Virus record (IMG/VR): IMGVR_UViG_3300045988_171220
Coordinates: 1-64,000 of that record
Strand: one strand, 5' to 3'
Source: a virus
DNA: 64,000 nucleotides
The notes under the pieces were generated by a model. The model worked only from the letters and a program-made list of their open reading frames with translations. It was not told where the DNA came from and did no database searches. This document shows, in pieces, positions 7,174 to 15,935 of the stretch (positions within the stretch are counted from its first letter, which is position 1; every line of letters begins with the position of its first letter). The position numbers and the translations under genes are program-made.

Positions 7174-8139
7174 ATGGCAACTACAATAAATAACAGTAAT
7201 GAAAGTAAAGTAGTAGTAAATAGTATTGGCTTTTCTGGATCATTTTCTAAGTTCTTCAAAGAGAACACACAAATAGATGATATCTTTTTTGAAGGCGGTA
7301 AAAATTATTTGTTCACCTATTCTATAAAATTAGATGATAATTGTAAAAACGGACATTTAACCTTTAGTTTTACGGGGGAAATCAAAGTTAAAAAAGGAAA
7401 TGGAAGGCTTTATGATTATATAAGTGGCGCAATTGCTGATATAATTGTTTATTTTAAGCCGGAACTTTTAATGTTTGAAAGACTACACCTTTGCAACCAC
7501 TTGGGACAACCAATGTTTGCAGATGACATTCGCTTTCATATCAATGAAGGTAAAACAAATGAACAAATAGCGGAAATGTATAATATTTCCGATATGGGAG
7601 CTGTCGAAATTTTGCGAAATGCTTCCGACAATAAGGATTTGTTTTATTATCTGGTATTTCGTTTGGGTGTTGCTGATACATGGGGAAAGTTAGCCAATGA
7701 AGCTATACAGGAAATGGAAGCAAAAACGGGTTTAACCTTGAAAATTGAAAACAAAGATAAAGTTTACAAGCAATTTGACGCGGAAAAGTGCGAAACTTTA
7801 GAAATTCTCTACCAATTAGGCTTTGCAAGCAAACAGGCTAAACAATACCGGGCGCAGCAAGCAGCAGAAGAAAAGAAAGTAAAAGGACTTGCTGAAATTG
7901 AAAAAGAATTTGCCAAAGCTGTAGAAAAGGCAAAAAGAATCTATGAAGTAAAAAAAGCGGTTGTCTCTTTCGGTATAAGTTGGAATAATGTTGTATTTTA
8001 TGACCACAAAAACGAACTTTGTTTTAATTGGTTAGATTGCTGCGAAAAGGTTCCTTCTGATTTAATCAACGAACTTGTGTGCAGTAATACTTTACCGGAA
8101 GGAATAGAGGTAACGAACCTGGACAAAGGTAGGGAGTAA
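7174..8139 (+). CDS. hypothetical protein (about 321 aa)
   Basis: The ORF is open from TTG 7153; the first ATG at 7174 is preferred. No recognisable motifs. Confidence 0.65.
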   Translation: MATTINNSNESKVVVNSIGFSGSFSKFFKENTQIDDIFFEGGKNYLFTYSIKLDDNCKNGHLTFSFTGEIKVKKGNGRLYDYISGAIADIIVYFKPELLMFERLHLCNHLGQPMFADDIRFHINEGKTNEQIAEMYNISDMGAVEILRNASDNKDLFYYLVFRLGVADTWGKLANEAIQEMEAKTGLTLKIENKDKVYKQFDAEKCETLEILYQLGFASKQAKQYRAQQAAEEKKVKGLAEIEKEFAKAVEKAKRIYEVKKAVVSFGISWNNVVFYDHKNELCFNWLDCCEKVPSDLINELVCSNTLPEGIEVTNLDKGRE

Positions 8140-8149
8140 TAACCCTACC
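8128..8149 (+). terminator. short stem-loop overlapping the stop codon
   Basis: GGTAGGG (8128-8134) pairs with CCCTACC (8143-8149), followed by TATTTATT. Confidence 0.35.
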
Positions 8150-8236
8150 TATTTATTAATCAATTAAAAAGAATCAATATTTACAATAACATAAGTAATT
8201 AAATAATAGCAATTTAAACTAATAGGAGATAATAAA

Positions 8237-10270
8237 ATGAAAGCAACTAATAACAGTACAGATACTTTATTTATGGAAATTTTTTTAGAATTGTTGGAAA
8301 TTGCAAAAGCATACTTCCAGGAACTTTTTAAAAACGAAAAACCTGGCGTATATACATTGAAGGAGATTTATACCTACATTGAAAGCTGTGACAACCTCGA
8401 AACAAAGCAAGGGAAAGCAGAAAGACTAACAGAAAAAGAAAAAGAACAAGCGATAAAATACTACACTAAAAGTCCTTACTATTCAAATATTAACCCTATT
8501 CAAAAAAATAGTGTTTCATACTTGTGCAAAGTTTCGAATAACATTGTTTCTATTGAAAAAGGTAATTTCAAATGTAGCTTTGATATGATTAAAGTGTTTG
8601 AATATCTGGAAAGATTCAAACAGTTGTCGGGCGCCAAAGAAAAATTAGAATTTGTCAAAGAAGGAAATCAGATACAAGAAAACAAAAATAATTGTCTTTG
8701 CGCTTTTGATATCATATTTGATAAGAAAGATAAAACGTTTCTAACTGCAAAAACCAAAAATTCAGCTTATTATTTTTGTAACAATGTTTTGATAGATATA
8801 AATTTAGGCAAAATATATGCTACTGATTCGTTTATTTGCAAAAGTAGAAACGTGAGAATATCTAATCTTTACGGTAGTTGGGATAAGCATGTATGTATAT
8901 CTTTTGACGTTTTCAAAAAATTGGTGGGAAAAGATTGTAGAATTATGGTTGATCGCGACAACAAAGAAGATCAAGTAATTGTAACAATCAAAACAACTAA
9001 CGATGAAATTTTCGAATGTCGCTATAATGATTTTAACAAGAATATAAGTATAGAAGAAGTCTATCCTATTTTGTATAAAGAATTGAAATTGACGGTTAAA
9101 GATGGTAAACAGTTTGCGAAGGACTTAAAAACTATATCTAAAATTTCGGAATTTGTTTCTTTCGAAGTAGAAAAAGGATCAGCCCGACTAAAAGTAAATT
9201 ATATCACAGAATTAGGAATAAGCGATACAGAAAATAAATATGGAGAGTTGTTTGTACAATTGTCTGAACCGTCTAATTTTACTTATAGATCAGATAATAG
9301 ATCAAATAGGGTGCTTTCCTGTCTGGATGGTTGGAACGGCGAAATTTATTTTACAAAAGAATATGATTATTGTAAACTTTCTTTTGTCTCTGACAACTGT
9401 GACAACTGTTTTATGATTGATAACAAAATTAATTATTTTAATCCAATTAGAGATAAGAACGATTATTTCCCGGATAAGTTAACGCCTGTTTTTTGTGAAG
9501 AAGAAACAAAAGAATCAGACACAAATATTAAGCCTATAGGAACTTTGGAAAATCAAAACGATACAAACCTACAGGAAAGCAAAGAAATTGCCTTAAATAC
9601 AATAGGAATAAACAAAAATGAGTGGGAAAAGATAGAGTTATCTCTAAAAGATACTTACAGTATAGCATACGAAGACGGAATAATATCTTTTGTCCCCAAA
9701 GATAGCAGCAACCTTATAAGTAAAGTTTATATCTGGACTTATACAGAACGTTTAGGGATATATTCAAAAGTAGGTGTCAGCATAGAAAAGGATATAGATA
9801 CAAACATTCCTTTTGTAGAATTTTTAGAGCAGTCTTTGGCAGATTTAAAGAGACATGCTGCAAACAGAGTATTTTTCTTCATGGAAAAAGAAGGTTATCG
9901 TTGGGAACAACCGAACGCACAAACATTCCACCTATTCAAGAACGGGAAAGAAAAGACGTTTGAAAATGAGTTTGAAGCATATAACTTTGTCCAGAATAAA
10001 GAGAATGAAAGTTACTTTGACTTTAATGTCTCTGACTATACGGACGATATGTTAGAGGTGATTGGGCTTGATCTGGAAAGTATCACGTCTAAAATAAAAC
10101 AGGATAGTTCAAGAGAGCTAAAGGTTATACAGGATATAAAACTATATGATAAAACCGGGAAAATAGTGTTTACTTATGATAATGGAAACATAAACACTAT
10201 AGTAGAAACAATTTTCAACGGCGATAGTGTACTGCAAAGTGTATTACAAAAGATAAACGAAAGCATGTAG
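8237..10270 (+). CDS. large hypothetical protein (677 aa)
   Basis: Long ORF with AGGAG 9 nt upstream. The only hint is a weak clamp-like motif (GKIYATDSFICKSR versus the ATDGHRLA of DnaN). Confidence 0.75.
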   Translation: MKATNNSTDTLFMEIFLELLEIAKAYFQELFKNEKPGVYTLKEIYTYIESCDNLETKQGKAERLTEKEKEQAIKYYTKSPYYSNINPIQKNSVSYLCKVSNNIVSIEKGNFKCSFDMIKVFEYLERFKQLSGAKEKLEFVKEGNQIQENKNNCLCAFDIIFDKKDKTFLTAKTKNSAYYFCNNVLIDINLGKIYATDSFICKSRNVRISNLYGSWDKHVCISFDVFKKLVGKDCRIMVDRDNKEDQVIVTIKTTNDEIFECRYNDFNKNISIEEVYPILYKELKLTVKDGKQFAKDLKTISKISEFVSFEVEKGSARLKVNYITELGISDTENKYGELFVQLSEPSNFTYRSDNRSNRVLSCLDGWNGEIYFTKEYDYCKLSFVSDNCDNCFMIDNKINYFNPIRDKNDYFPDKLTPVFCEEETKESDTNIKPIGTLENQNDTNLQESKEIALNTIGINKNEWEKIELSLKDTYSIAYEDGIISFVPKDSSNLISKVYIWTYTERLGIYSKVGVSIEKDIDTNIPFVEFLEQSLADLKRHAANRVFFFMEKEGYRWEQPNAQTFHLFKNGKEKTFENEFEAYNFVQNKENESYFDFNVSDYTDDMLEVIGLDLESITSKIKQDSSRELKVIQDIKLYDKTGKIVFTYDNGNINTIVETIFNGDSVLQSVLQKINESM

Positions 10271-10352
10271 CACTATGATTCGGTTAAGTAAATTCCTTTC
10301 CTTGTTTGTCTCTAAAAAGACAGATAAGGAAAGAGTAAAAGGAAAGAGCAGA

Positions 10353-10664
10353 ATGAAGTACTACACAAAAGACAATGTCAAATTTGTAACATGGAAATAT
10401 GATGCCGGCATACCGTGTTTCTATCTGAACAAATCTGTAAATATTGTGAAAGTGCTTTTATTAAACGACTCAAGGAAATTACAAGGCTTTTTCTGTAGAG
10501 GATATTTTGTAAAGAATATCCTAAAGAAGAACAAAAAGAAATTTTTGCCGGGTAACTTTTATCAGTTCCTTTACAAATTGGTATATGTCGGCTATAAAAT
10601 AGAGAATGGAGAAAAACTAAAAATGTATCAACTTAAAGAGGTTGCATTTTTTGAAAGTGTTTGA
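10353..10664 (+). CDS. hypothetical protein (about 103 aa)
   Basis: The ORF is open from 10275. The internal ATG (MKYYTKDN) is preferred because the first 26 codons abut the preceding stop. Confidence 0.45.
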   Translation: MKYYTKDNVKFVTWKYDAGIPCFYLNKSVNIVKVLLLNDSRKLQGFFCRGYFVKNILKKNKKKFLPGNFYQFLYKLVYVGYKIENGEKLKMYQLKEVAFFESV

Positions 10665-10784
10665 CCCGACAAGAAAAGAATTGTGTTATCTTTGTTATGT
10701 GTAGAGACCTATTTGTCATATATTAGTTTAGTTATTTAATATAGTATTTAGTAATTGGTTTAGTTTATGTTATTATTACTTGCT

Positions 10785-10821
10785 GTCCCTACCGGTATGT
10801 GATATATAGGTAGGGACTTTT
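10785..10821 (+). terminator. rho-independent terminator
   Basis: GTCCCTACC (10785-10793) pairs with GGTAGGGAC (10809-10817), followed by TTTTGCTTTTGTT. Confidence 0.65.
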
Positions 10822-10880
10822 GCTTTTGTTCTTTCTTTAGTGTAGCTTTGCCATATAATAACTATTAAATTTTTGTCAAA

Positions 10881-11051
10881 ATGAAACTACAAAAGTCTGT
10901 AAGTAAACCTTCTATAGTTTGTGATAACTGTAGATACAAAATTGAGTGTCCCTATGTGGACAAATCAGAATGCTTCGAGTATAATAGCGCGCAACTTTCA
11001 AAATCTCAAATTGAGGACTTGAACCATGAAGAAACAGAAACAACTTACTAA
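10881..11051 (+). CDS. small Cys-rich protein (56 aa)
   Basis: ATG ORF below the track cut-off. Contains the motif CDNCRYKIECPYVDKSEC and overlaps the next start. Confidence 0.3.
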   Translation: MKLQKSVSKPSIVCDNCRYKIECPYVDKSECFEYNSAQLSKSQIEDLNHEETETTY

Positions 11052-12165
11052 TAAGGATTTGCCGGCTATTTCTCAAAAGGATTTTGTGGAAATAATAGAA
11101 CAGGCTCCGGAAGTGATCCAAACCGCTTCCAGTGAGTTAAAAAACGCTTTTGTTGCTCTGGAAATGGCAGAAAGGGCACTGTCTGAATCGTCTTACCGGT
11201 TCTTTGTCTTTGAAGGTAAGGATGGGGAGGAAATTACGGCCGACTTGAAAAGCTACTCTGCAAAGGGTTTTATCCTCCGTCACGGTGGGAAAGAGTCGGA
11301 CGTAAAGAAAGCACAACGGCACAAAGAAATGTACGTCATGCCTCTTATAGAAGAAATAAAGAGGTGCAAAGAAACATTTAATGATATTTACCGAAAAGAA
11401 ATGCTTTCCTCCGTTACCCCGGAGATCATGACCTATATTGTGAAACTGTTTGGGGAAATGAACGGCGTTGATGATGTCCAAAAGATTCTAAAGGAAGAAA
11501 AGAAGATAAAACTTACCCAAAAGGAACTACAGGCTATCTTTGCCAAAAAGAAAGCGGAAATCGAAAGCAAACGTGCCGTGTTCCTTGCTTCATCCAATCA
11601 ATACAAGGTAGCAACAGAAGCCGGACGGCTACAGATCATAAACACTATTATCATTGACCTTCAACACCGATATCAAAAATATCTGGCAGAAGAAAAAGAA
11701 GAAAAGGCATTGATATTCGAACGGGAAATCAGAAACATGCTGGAGCAAGCCCGGAAAGAAGTAAAGGGAAATGAGCTAAAGCTGACTGTAGACGGAAAAA
11801 TAGACATTGTCGCTACCTTGCACGGACAAGAAAACGTTTCTCGTGTATTCCGTACACTTCCCATTAATTCTATCATAATAGGTCTTGTCGCTGCCAAGTC
11901 TGGACTTGATCCTACAGTATTAGTGCACCAGCTTGCAACAAGTTACTACAAGGACTTCAATGGCTTTAATAAAACTATTCTGGGTAGGGAAAAGATCATG
12001 CTTCCAGGCGATCTGATCCGTGCAGCCAATTGGGAAGAACTGGAAAAACAAAACCAAAAGTTCTTAGACGAAATGACGCCTTATGAAGTGCAGGAGGCTA
12101 CTTATATAGATGATGAAAGAAAAGCCTCTGTAAAGGACAGATTAAAGGCTTTACGACTTAAATAG
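11026..12165 (+). CDS. hypothetical protein (379 aa), coiled-coil rich
   Basis: Long ORF. No recognisable catalytic motif. Confidence 0.7.
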   Translation: MKKQKQLTNKDLPAISQKDFVEIIEQAPEVIQTASSELKNAFVALEMAERALSESSYRFFVFEGKDGEEITADLKSYSAKGFILRHGGKESDVKKAQRHKEMYVMPLIEEIKRCKETFNDIYRKEMLSSVTPEIMTYIVKLFGEMNGVDDVQKILKEEKKIKLTQKELQAIFAKKKAEIESKRAVFLASSNQYKVATEAGRLQIINTIIIDLQHRYQKYLAEEKEEKALIFEREIRNMLEQARKEVKGNELKLTVDGKIDIVATLHGQENVSRVFRTLPINSIIIGLVAAKSGLDPTVLVHQLATSYYKDFNGFNKTILGREKIMLPGDLIRAANWEELEKQNQKFLDEMTPYEVQEATYIDDERKASVKDRLKALRLK

Positions 12166-12177
12166 GGAGGGGAAACC

Positions 12178-12693
12178 ATGACGAACAAGGAAAGAAAGAT
12201 AAACCTCTATTTAAAAAGAGTGGAAAGGTTCAACGAGCTTTGTCCTTCTAACGGGTTCTTGTGGGGAAGTACGATAATAAAACCCATCACAAGACGGAAT
12301 TTGAAAATAGCCCTGTCGGAAGAGAAAGAAGAAAACATAGATCGGAAGATAAAAGGAGTGGAAAAGTTTATAAAATACTTGGAAGGGGACGCGGGTAGTG
12401 ACGGAAGAAAAAGAATGCTGCCGGAACTGAAAAAGTATCTGGTAAACGTAAAGGACGCGAAAATAAAAATATCCCCATCTATAAAAGTGTTTGTAAATGG
12501 GGATATAAGATCGCGCTTGTCTCTTTTGGAAAAGAAAGACGGAAAATGGACTGTATCGGACTACCGGGGAACGGTATTGAAACTGAAAAATCAGGAATCA
12601 GCCCTTCAAAGGGAAATCCTGTTCAGATTGAAAGCAAAGTACGACCGGTCGATTGTACCCAATACAAAAACCATTTTCCGGGCTTATTCTTAA
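12178..12693 (+). CDS. hypothetical protein (171 aa)
   Basis: ORF with GGGAGGGG 7 nt upstream. Last gene of the plus-strand block. Confidence 0.65.
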   Translation: MTNKERKINLYLKRVERFNELCPSNGFLWGSTIIKPITRRNLKIALSEEKEENIDRKIKGVEKFIKYLEGDAGSDGRKRMLPELKKYLVNVKDAKIKISPSIKVFVNGDIRSRLSLLEKKDGKWTVSDYRGTVLKLKNQESALQREILFRLKAKYDRSIVPNTKTIFRAYS

Positions 12694-13109
12694 CCCAGAT
12701 ACATCTCTCCATGAAGTTCGGGATATTTGGAATCACGCATAATGTTCCGTACCTTTGTCTTTGTCCAAGCAGGAACAGCATTCTTTACCGGAATGATCAT
12801 AGGTTTCTTTTTGGGAGTTTCAATATTCTTCTTTTCGTAAGGCATACTATTAGTTTTTAAAGACGAAAGGGCTAAGAACCGATTTTTACAGATTGTGTTC
12901 AAAGCCCTTTCTTGATTAACGTAATTTACTAACAACGAGATTGTTAATGTACCTACTCTGTTAAGGATTTTCGGCATCCTCCTTTATTAAAACTTAGATT
13001 TGTTCATAGAGGAATTTAGGATAGATTTTTACTATTTCATATTTTCACCTCCTTTCTTTTAATAGGTTTGCAACTCGATTGACTATAAACAATTATACAG
13101 GTATGTTTC

Positions 13110-13571
13110 TTACTCAATTGTAATCCAAATATCCTCTTTTGAGGAAGAAAGTTTAGAATATACTTTTTCAAAGGCTTCTTTGATAGAAGTGAGCCTTCCT
13201 ACTTCTGTGTTAAACCCTACACCTACACACCCTTCTACATTGTCGGCTGTGGCGGCAGAATGAATCAAAACGCCAGAAAAGCCTTTTATTCCTTCCAGTC
13301 TTGGAACTTTCCCTTTGCATACATTCATATAAAATTCCTTTTGACTGAATTTAGGAGAAACTACATTCATAAGAACTTTGTATCTTCCGGTGGGAATAGC
13401 TGTTTTCCCATATATTTTTTTAGACTTTATTTCTTCTTCCGACATATCTTGGGACAATCCTCTGTCCGTATCTTCTATTGTGTTACAAATAAATTCACCA
13501 TCAATATACAACCTTCCTATTGTATATTTTTCTTTTTTCCATTTTCTGTCTACTTTAATCTCCATAATCAA
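13110..13571 (-). CDS. DUF5675-like / YkuD-like protein, possible cell-wall enzyme
   Basis: Pattern TIGRLYIDG...AIPTGRYKV...GVLIHSAATADNVEGCVGVG, a His...Gly-Cys arrangement as in the L,D-transpeptidase fold. Adjacent to a small membrane protein. Confidence 0.4.
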   Translation of the reverse strand: MIMEIKVDRKWKKEKYTIGRLYIDGEFICNTIEDTDRGLSQDMSEEEIKSKKIYGKTAIPTGRYKVLMNVVSPKFSQKEFYMNVCKGKVPRLEGIKGFSGVLIHSAATADNVEGCVGVGFNTEVGRLTSIKEAFEKVYSKLSSSKEDIWITIE

Positions 13572-13586
13572 TTGATTTTTAAAAGT

Positions 13587-13874
13587 TTATAATAAATCAA
13601 GCATGTCTTCTACTGTCACTTCCTTTAGGTTTATGCCGGGATATTCGTCTTTGATCAGTTCGTCTATGTATTCTACATCTTCAAACCTTTCTTGCTGGAT
13701 CAAGATATTTCTAAAACCGATAAGGTAGTTAAGTCTTACCGAATCAATTCTTGAATCTATTGCCATGCAATAGTGTTTCAAATTCTTTACTCTTAACCAA
13801 AGGATAAAAACAGTTCCCAATAGAAAAACTGCTATTATTCCCAGTAATATAATGCAAATTGTCGAAAATTCCAT
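13587..13874 (-). CDS. small N-terminally anchored membrane protein (95 aa), holin/spanin-type candidate
   Basis: N-terminal TM segment FSTICIILLGIIAVFLLGTVFILWL. Confidence 0.45.
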   Translation of the reverse strand: MEFSTICIILLGIIAVFLLGTVFILWLRVKNLKHYCMAIDSRIDSVRLNYLIGFRNILIQQERFEDVEYIDELIKDEYPGINLKEVTVEDMLDLL

Positions 13875-13879
13875 GTCTT

Positions 13880-14197
13880 TTATCGTTTGTAAGCCATTTT
13901 TTCTAACTCTACAGTAGTCATATTCTCCGGGATTGTTTTAAGGCGTTTATAACGCCCTCTTTCAATCCGTTCTATAAATTCTGCCCTGTAAAGATAGGTA
14001 ATAGTTTTTCTAAGTGTACCGTTAAAGAATAAATTGCATTTGGAGATGTCGCAAAACTCAAACGGACGATCTATGGAATTGATATGTCTAATAAGTTTTT
14101 GAAGCTCTGTTTCTTTCTTTCTGCTCATGTCTTGTTGCTTTTTAAATTGTACTTGTGAAAAACAGGAAAGCGTATCTTCACAGACCGGCTTTCCCAA
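13880..14197 (-). CDS. hypothetical protein (105 aa)
   Basis: ORF tightly packed with its neighbours. Confidence 0.5.
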   Translation of the reverse strand: MGKPVCEDTLSCFSQVQFKKQQDMSRKKETELQKLIRHINSIDRPFEFCDISKCNLFFNGTLRKTITYLYRAEFIERIERGRYKRLKTIPENMTTVELEKMAYKR

Positions 14198-14234
14198 AAC
14201 GAATCTTAACTATTATGGAAAAATATAAACTGTT

Positions 14235-14660
14235 TCAGTCTATCTTTAAATATGTTTCTATTTCTGTAAGTGTAACCGACTTTATAACCAGATCATTAAT
14301 ATCCGACAGAAAATCAAAATATTGTTTTGTCCTTTCTATGGCTTCCGTATCAGAACTGGATCGAACCATCAAAACAGCTTTCTGCATTTTTACTTTTCCT
14401 TTAGGAGTTACTTCTGGAAAATAGGAAACGACTTTGAAAAATTTCTCTCCCTCTCCTACTACAGAAATAATGTCTGTTTCCTTGATAGGAGAAACTTTAA
14501 AGTCCTCATTTGTTTCTTTCGTTCCCCAATCAGTAGTGATAGCTTCTACTTCCGTATAGGTATAAGCCCTGACAAGAATGGTTCTCTTAACAAGTATTCT
14601 TGGTGGTTTGAACCCGTCTGGGTTATCTGTCCAATAACTTATAGTTGATTCAAAATACAT
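14235..14660 (-). CDS. hypothetical protein (141 aa)
   Basis: ORF tightly packed with its neighbours. Confidence 0.55.
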   Translation of the reverse strand: MYFESTISYWTDNPDGFKPPRILVKRTILVRAYTYTEVEAITTDWGTKETNEDFKVSPIKETDIISVVGEGEKFFKVVSYFPEVTPKGKVKMQKAVLMVRSSSDTEAIERTKQYFDFLSDINDLVIKSVTLTEIETYLKID

Positions 14661-14666
14661 GATTCT

Positions 14667-15152
14667 TTAGATTAATGATTGTAAAACAATTCCTTTTGTA
14701 AAATCGCATCCTTCGCTACCTCTTGGAATGATAACGAAATTCTTAGACGGTGATTCCATCTTAAAATTGTAGGTTATTTCCGGGTCGGGAAGGAAAGATG
14801 CTTTTTCTATGTACAGAAACTTTTTGGCTTTCTTTTTCCATGCGGAAAAATCATAAGAAAAAAGTGGTATTCCTTCTGCCGACAATAAAGATATCCAGTT
14901 CCCCCACATATCCATTACAAGAAGTCCTGCTGTTGCTTTGAAACTGTCGCCGGTATTCAAAGTAAAATTCATTACATGGTTGTAATCATCTTTGATACAC
15001 TCTGCAAGTTCCCTTCCAAATTCTGAATGATTTTTTAAAGTGACCGCAAGAGTGAGATGCCCGGTTTCGTGTATCTCATCACATCTCATAGCTCTTGCGT
15101 CACTATCTAAAGCGACAAGGACATCTTTTGTAATTCCATCATTATTCCCCAT
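14667..15152 (-). CDS. hypothetical protein (about 161 aa)
   Basis: The ORF is open to 15194. The internal ATG (MGNNDG) minimises overlap with the upstream gene. Confidence 0.5.
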   Translation of the reverse strand: MGNNDGITKDVLVALDSDARAMRCDEIHETGHLTLAVTLKNHSEFGRELAECIKDDYNHVMNFTLNTGDSFKATAGLLVMDMWGNWISLLSAEGIPLFSYDFSAWKKKAKKFLYIEKASFLPDPEITYNFKMESPSKNFVIIPRGSEGCDFTKGIVLQSLI

Positions 15153-15489
15153 CTTCTTTTTTGTTGGGGATAAGAAGAACGGACGGTACACCATTACAAC
15201 CCTGATTCAAAGGAATTTCATTCCATTTGCCTTTTGTAAAGGCTTTCACTTTCAAAAATACATCCAAAGGAATGTGCAACATTAATGGTTGCGGTTTATA
15301 AGAATTGTCCTTTTTCCATTTCGCCACTTGAAGATCAATGTTTACCTTTATAGCTTCCATAGGTGGCAAATAGGGTTCCAGACCTTCTATTTTGTTTGCA
15401 TTGAAAAGTGATATCTTCCTATTTTCATGAGGAACAATGATATAAAGTTTATTCTTCTTCATCTTCTTTTGATTCTTTGTTTTGTTCAA
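15142..15489 (-). CDS. hypothetical protein (115 aa)
   Basis: ORF in the minus-strand operon. Confidence 0.5.
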   Translation of the reverse strand: MNKTKNQKKMKKNKLYIIVPHENRKISLFNANKIEGLEPYLPPMEAIKVNIDLQVAKWKKDNSYKPQPLMLHIPLDVFLKVKAFTKGKWNEIPLNQGCNGVPSVLLIPNKKEDGE

Positions 15490-15592
15490 TCTGCTCTATT
15501 TTGTAATAGAAATAATTTTCGAGTATGCAATGTACCGTGATACAAATAGCAATTATGATAATTGTAAGAAAAATCCAACCTGTAGTGCTCAT
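15449..15592 (-). CDS. small membrane protein (47 aa)
   Basis: ATG ORF below the track cut-off: MSTTGWIFLTIIIIAICITVHCIL followed by an acidic tail. Confidence 0.3.
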   Translation of the reverse strand: MSTTGWIFLTIIIIAICITVHCILENYFYYKIEQIEQNKESKEDEEE

Positions 15593-15599
15593 ATCCTTT

Positions 15600-15800
15600 T
15601 TATTTTTGTTCTGATAATACAGCGTTCAACCAACTTTTAGCTTGGTCGATTTTAGAATGTTGTTCTTGGGATAACTGTTCATACTTTTTCATTAAGTTTA
15701 CATCGCCAGTTAATGCTATAAGTTCATAGAACTTGTAACTTTCAAATGAATCAAGAAGATTGATAGCTTCTTGCAATGCTTTCAACTCTAATTTGTTCAT
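15600..15800 (-). CDS. hypothetical protein (66 aa)
   Basis: First ORF downstream of promoter module 3. Confidence 0.5.
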   Translation of the reverse strand: MNKLELKALQEAINLLDSFESYKFYELIALTGDVNLMKKYEQLSQEQHSKIDQAKSWLNAVLSEQK

Positions 15801-15821
15801 ATCTCATATTTTTAGTTTTTG

Positions 15822-15935
15822 ATGTTGCAAATGTAACACTATACTGTTACATAACCACCCTTTTATAGTTAAAATATGTAAAATTGTCAGTTTTTATAGT
15901 GTTACACCTGCAATTGTTTGTTACTTATAAGCGTT
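15822..15935 (-). promoter_or_regulatory. conserved promoter module copy 3 (minus strand)
   Basis: The minus strand reads TTAACTATAAAAGGGTGGTTATGTAACAGTATAGTGTTACATTTGCAAC. The TACATTTG box is at 15835-15828. Upstream elements CTGACAATT and TATAAGTAACAAAC are shared with the other copies. Confidence 0.55.

Noticed and set aside
12690-12977. 95-aa minus-strand ORF in the convergent junction between the plus and minus blocks
   Set aside because: It contains a 9-bp stem (12865-12873 with 12903-12911) in its middle. Its SD-like AAGGAGG abuts the ATG with no spacing, and its composition is lysine/asparagine low-complexity. Coding status is unsupported, although the C-terminal 51 codons could be a small gene.
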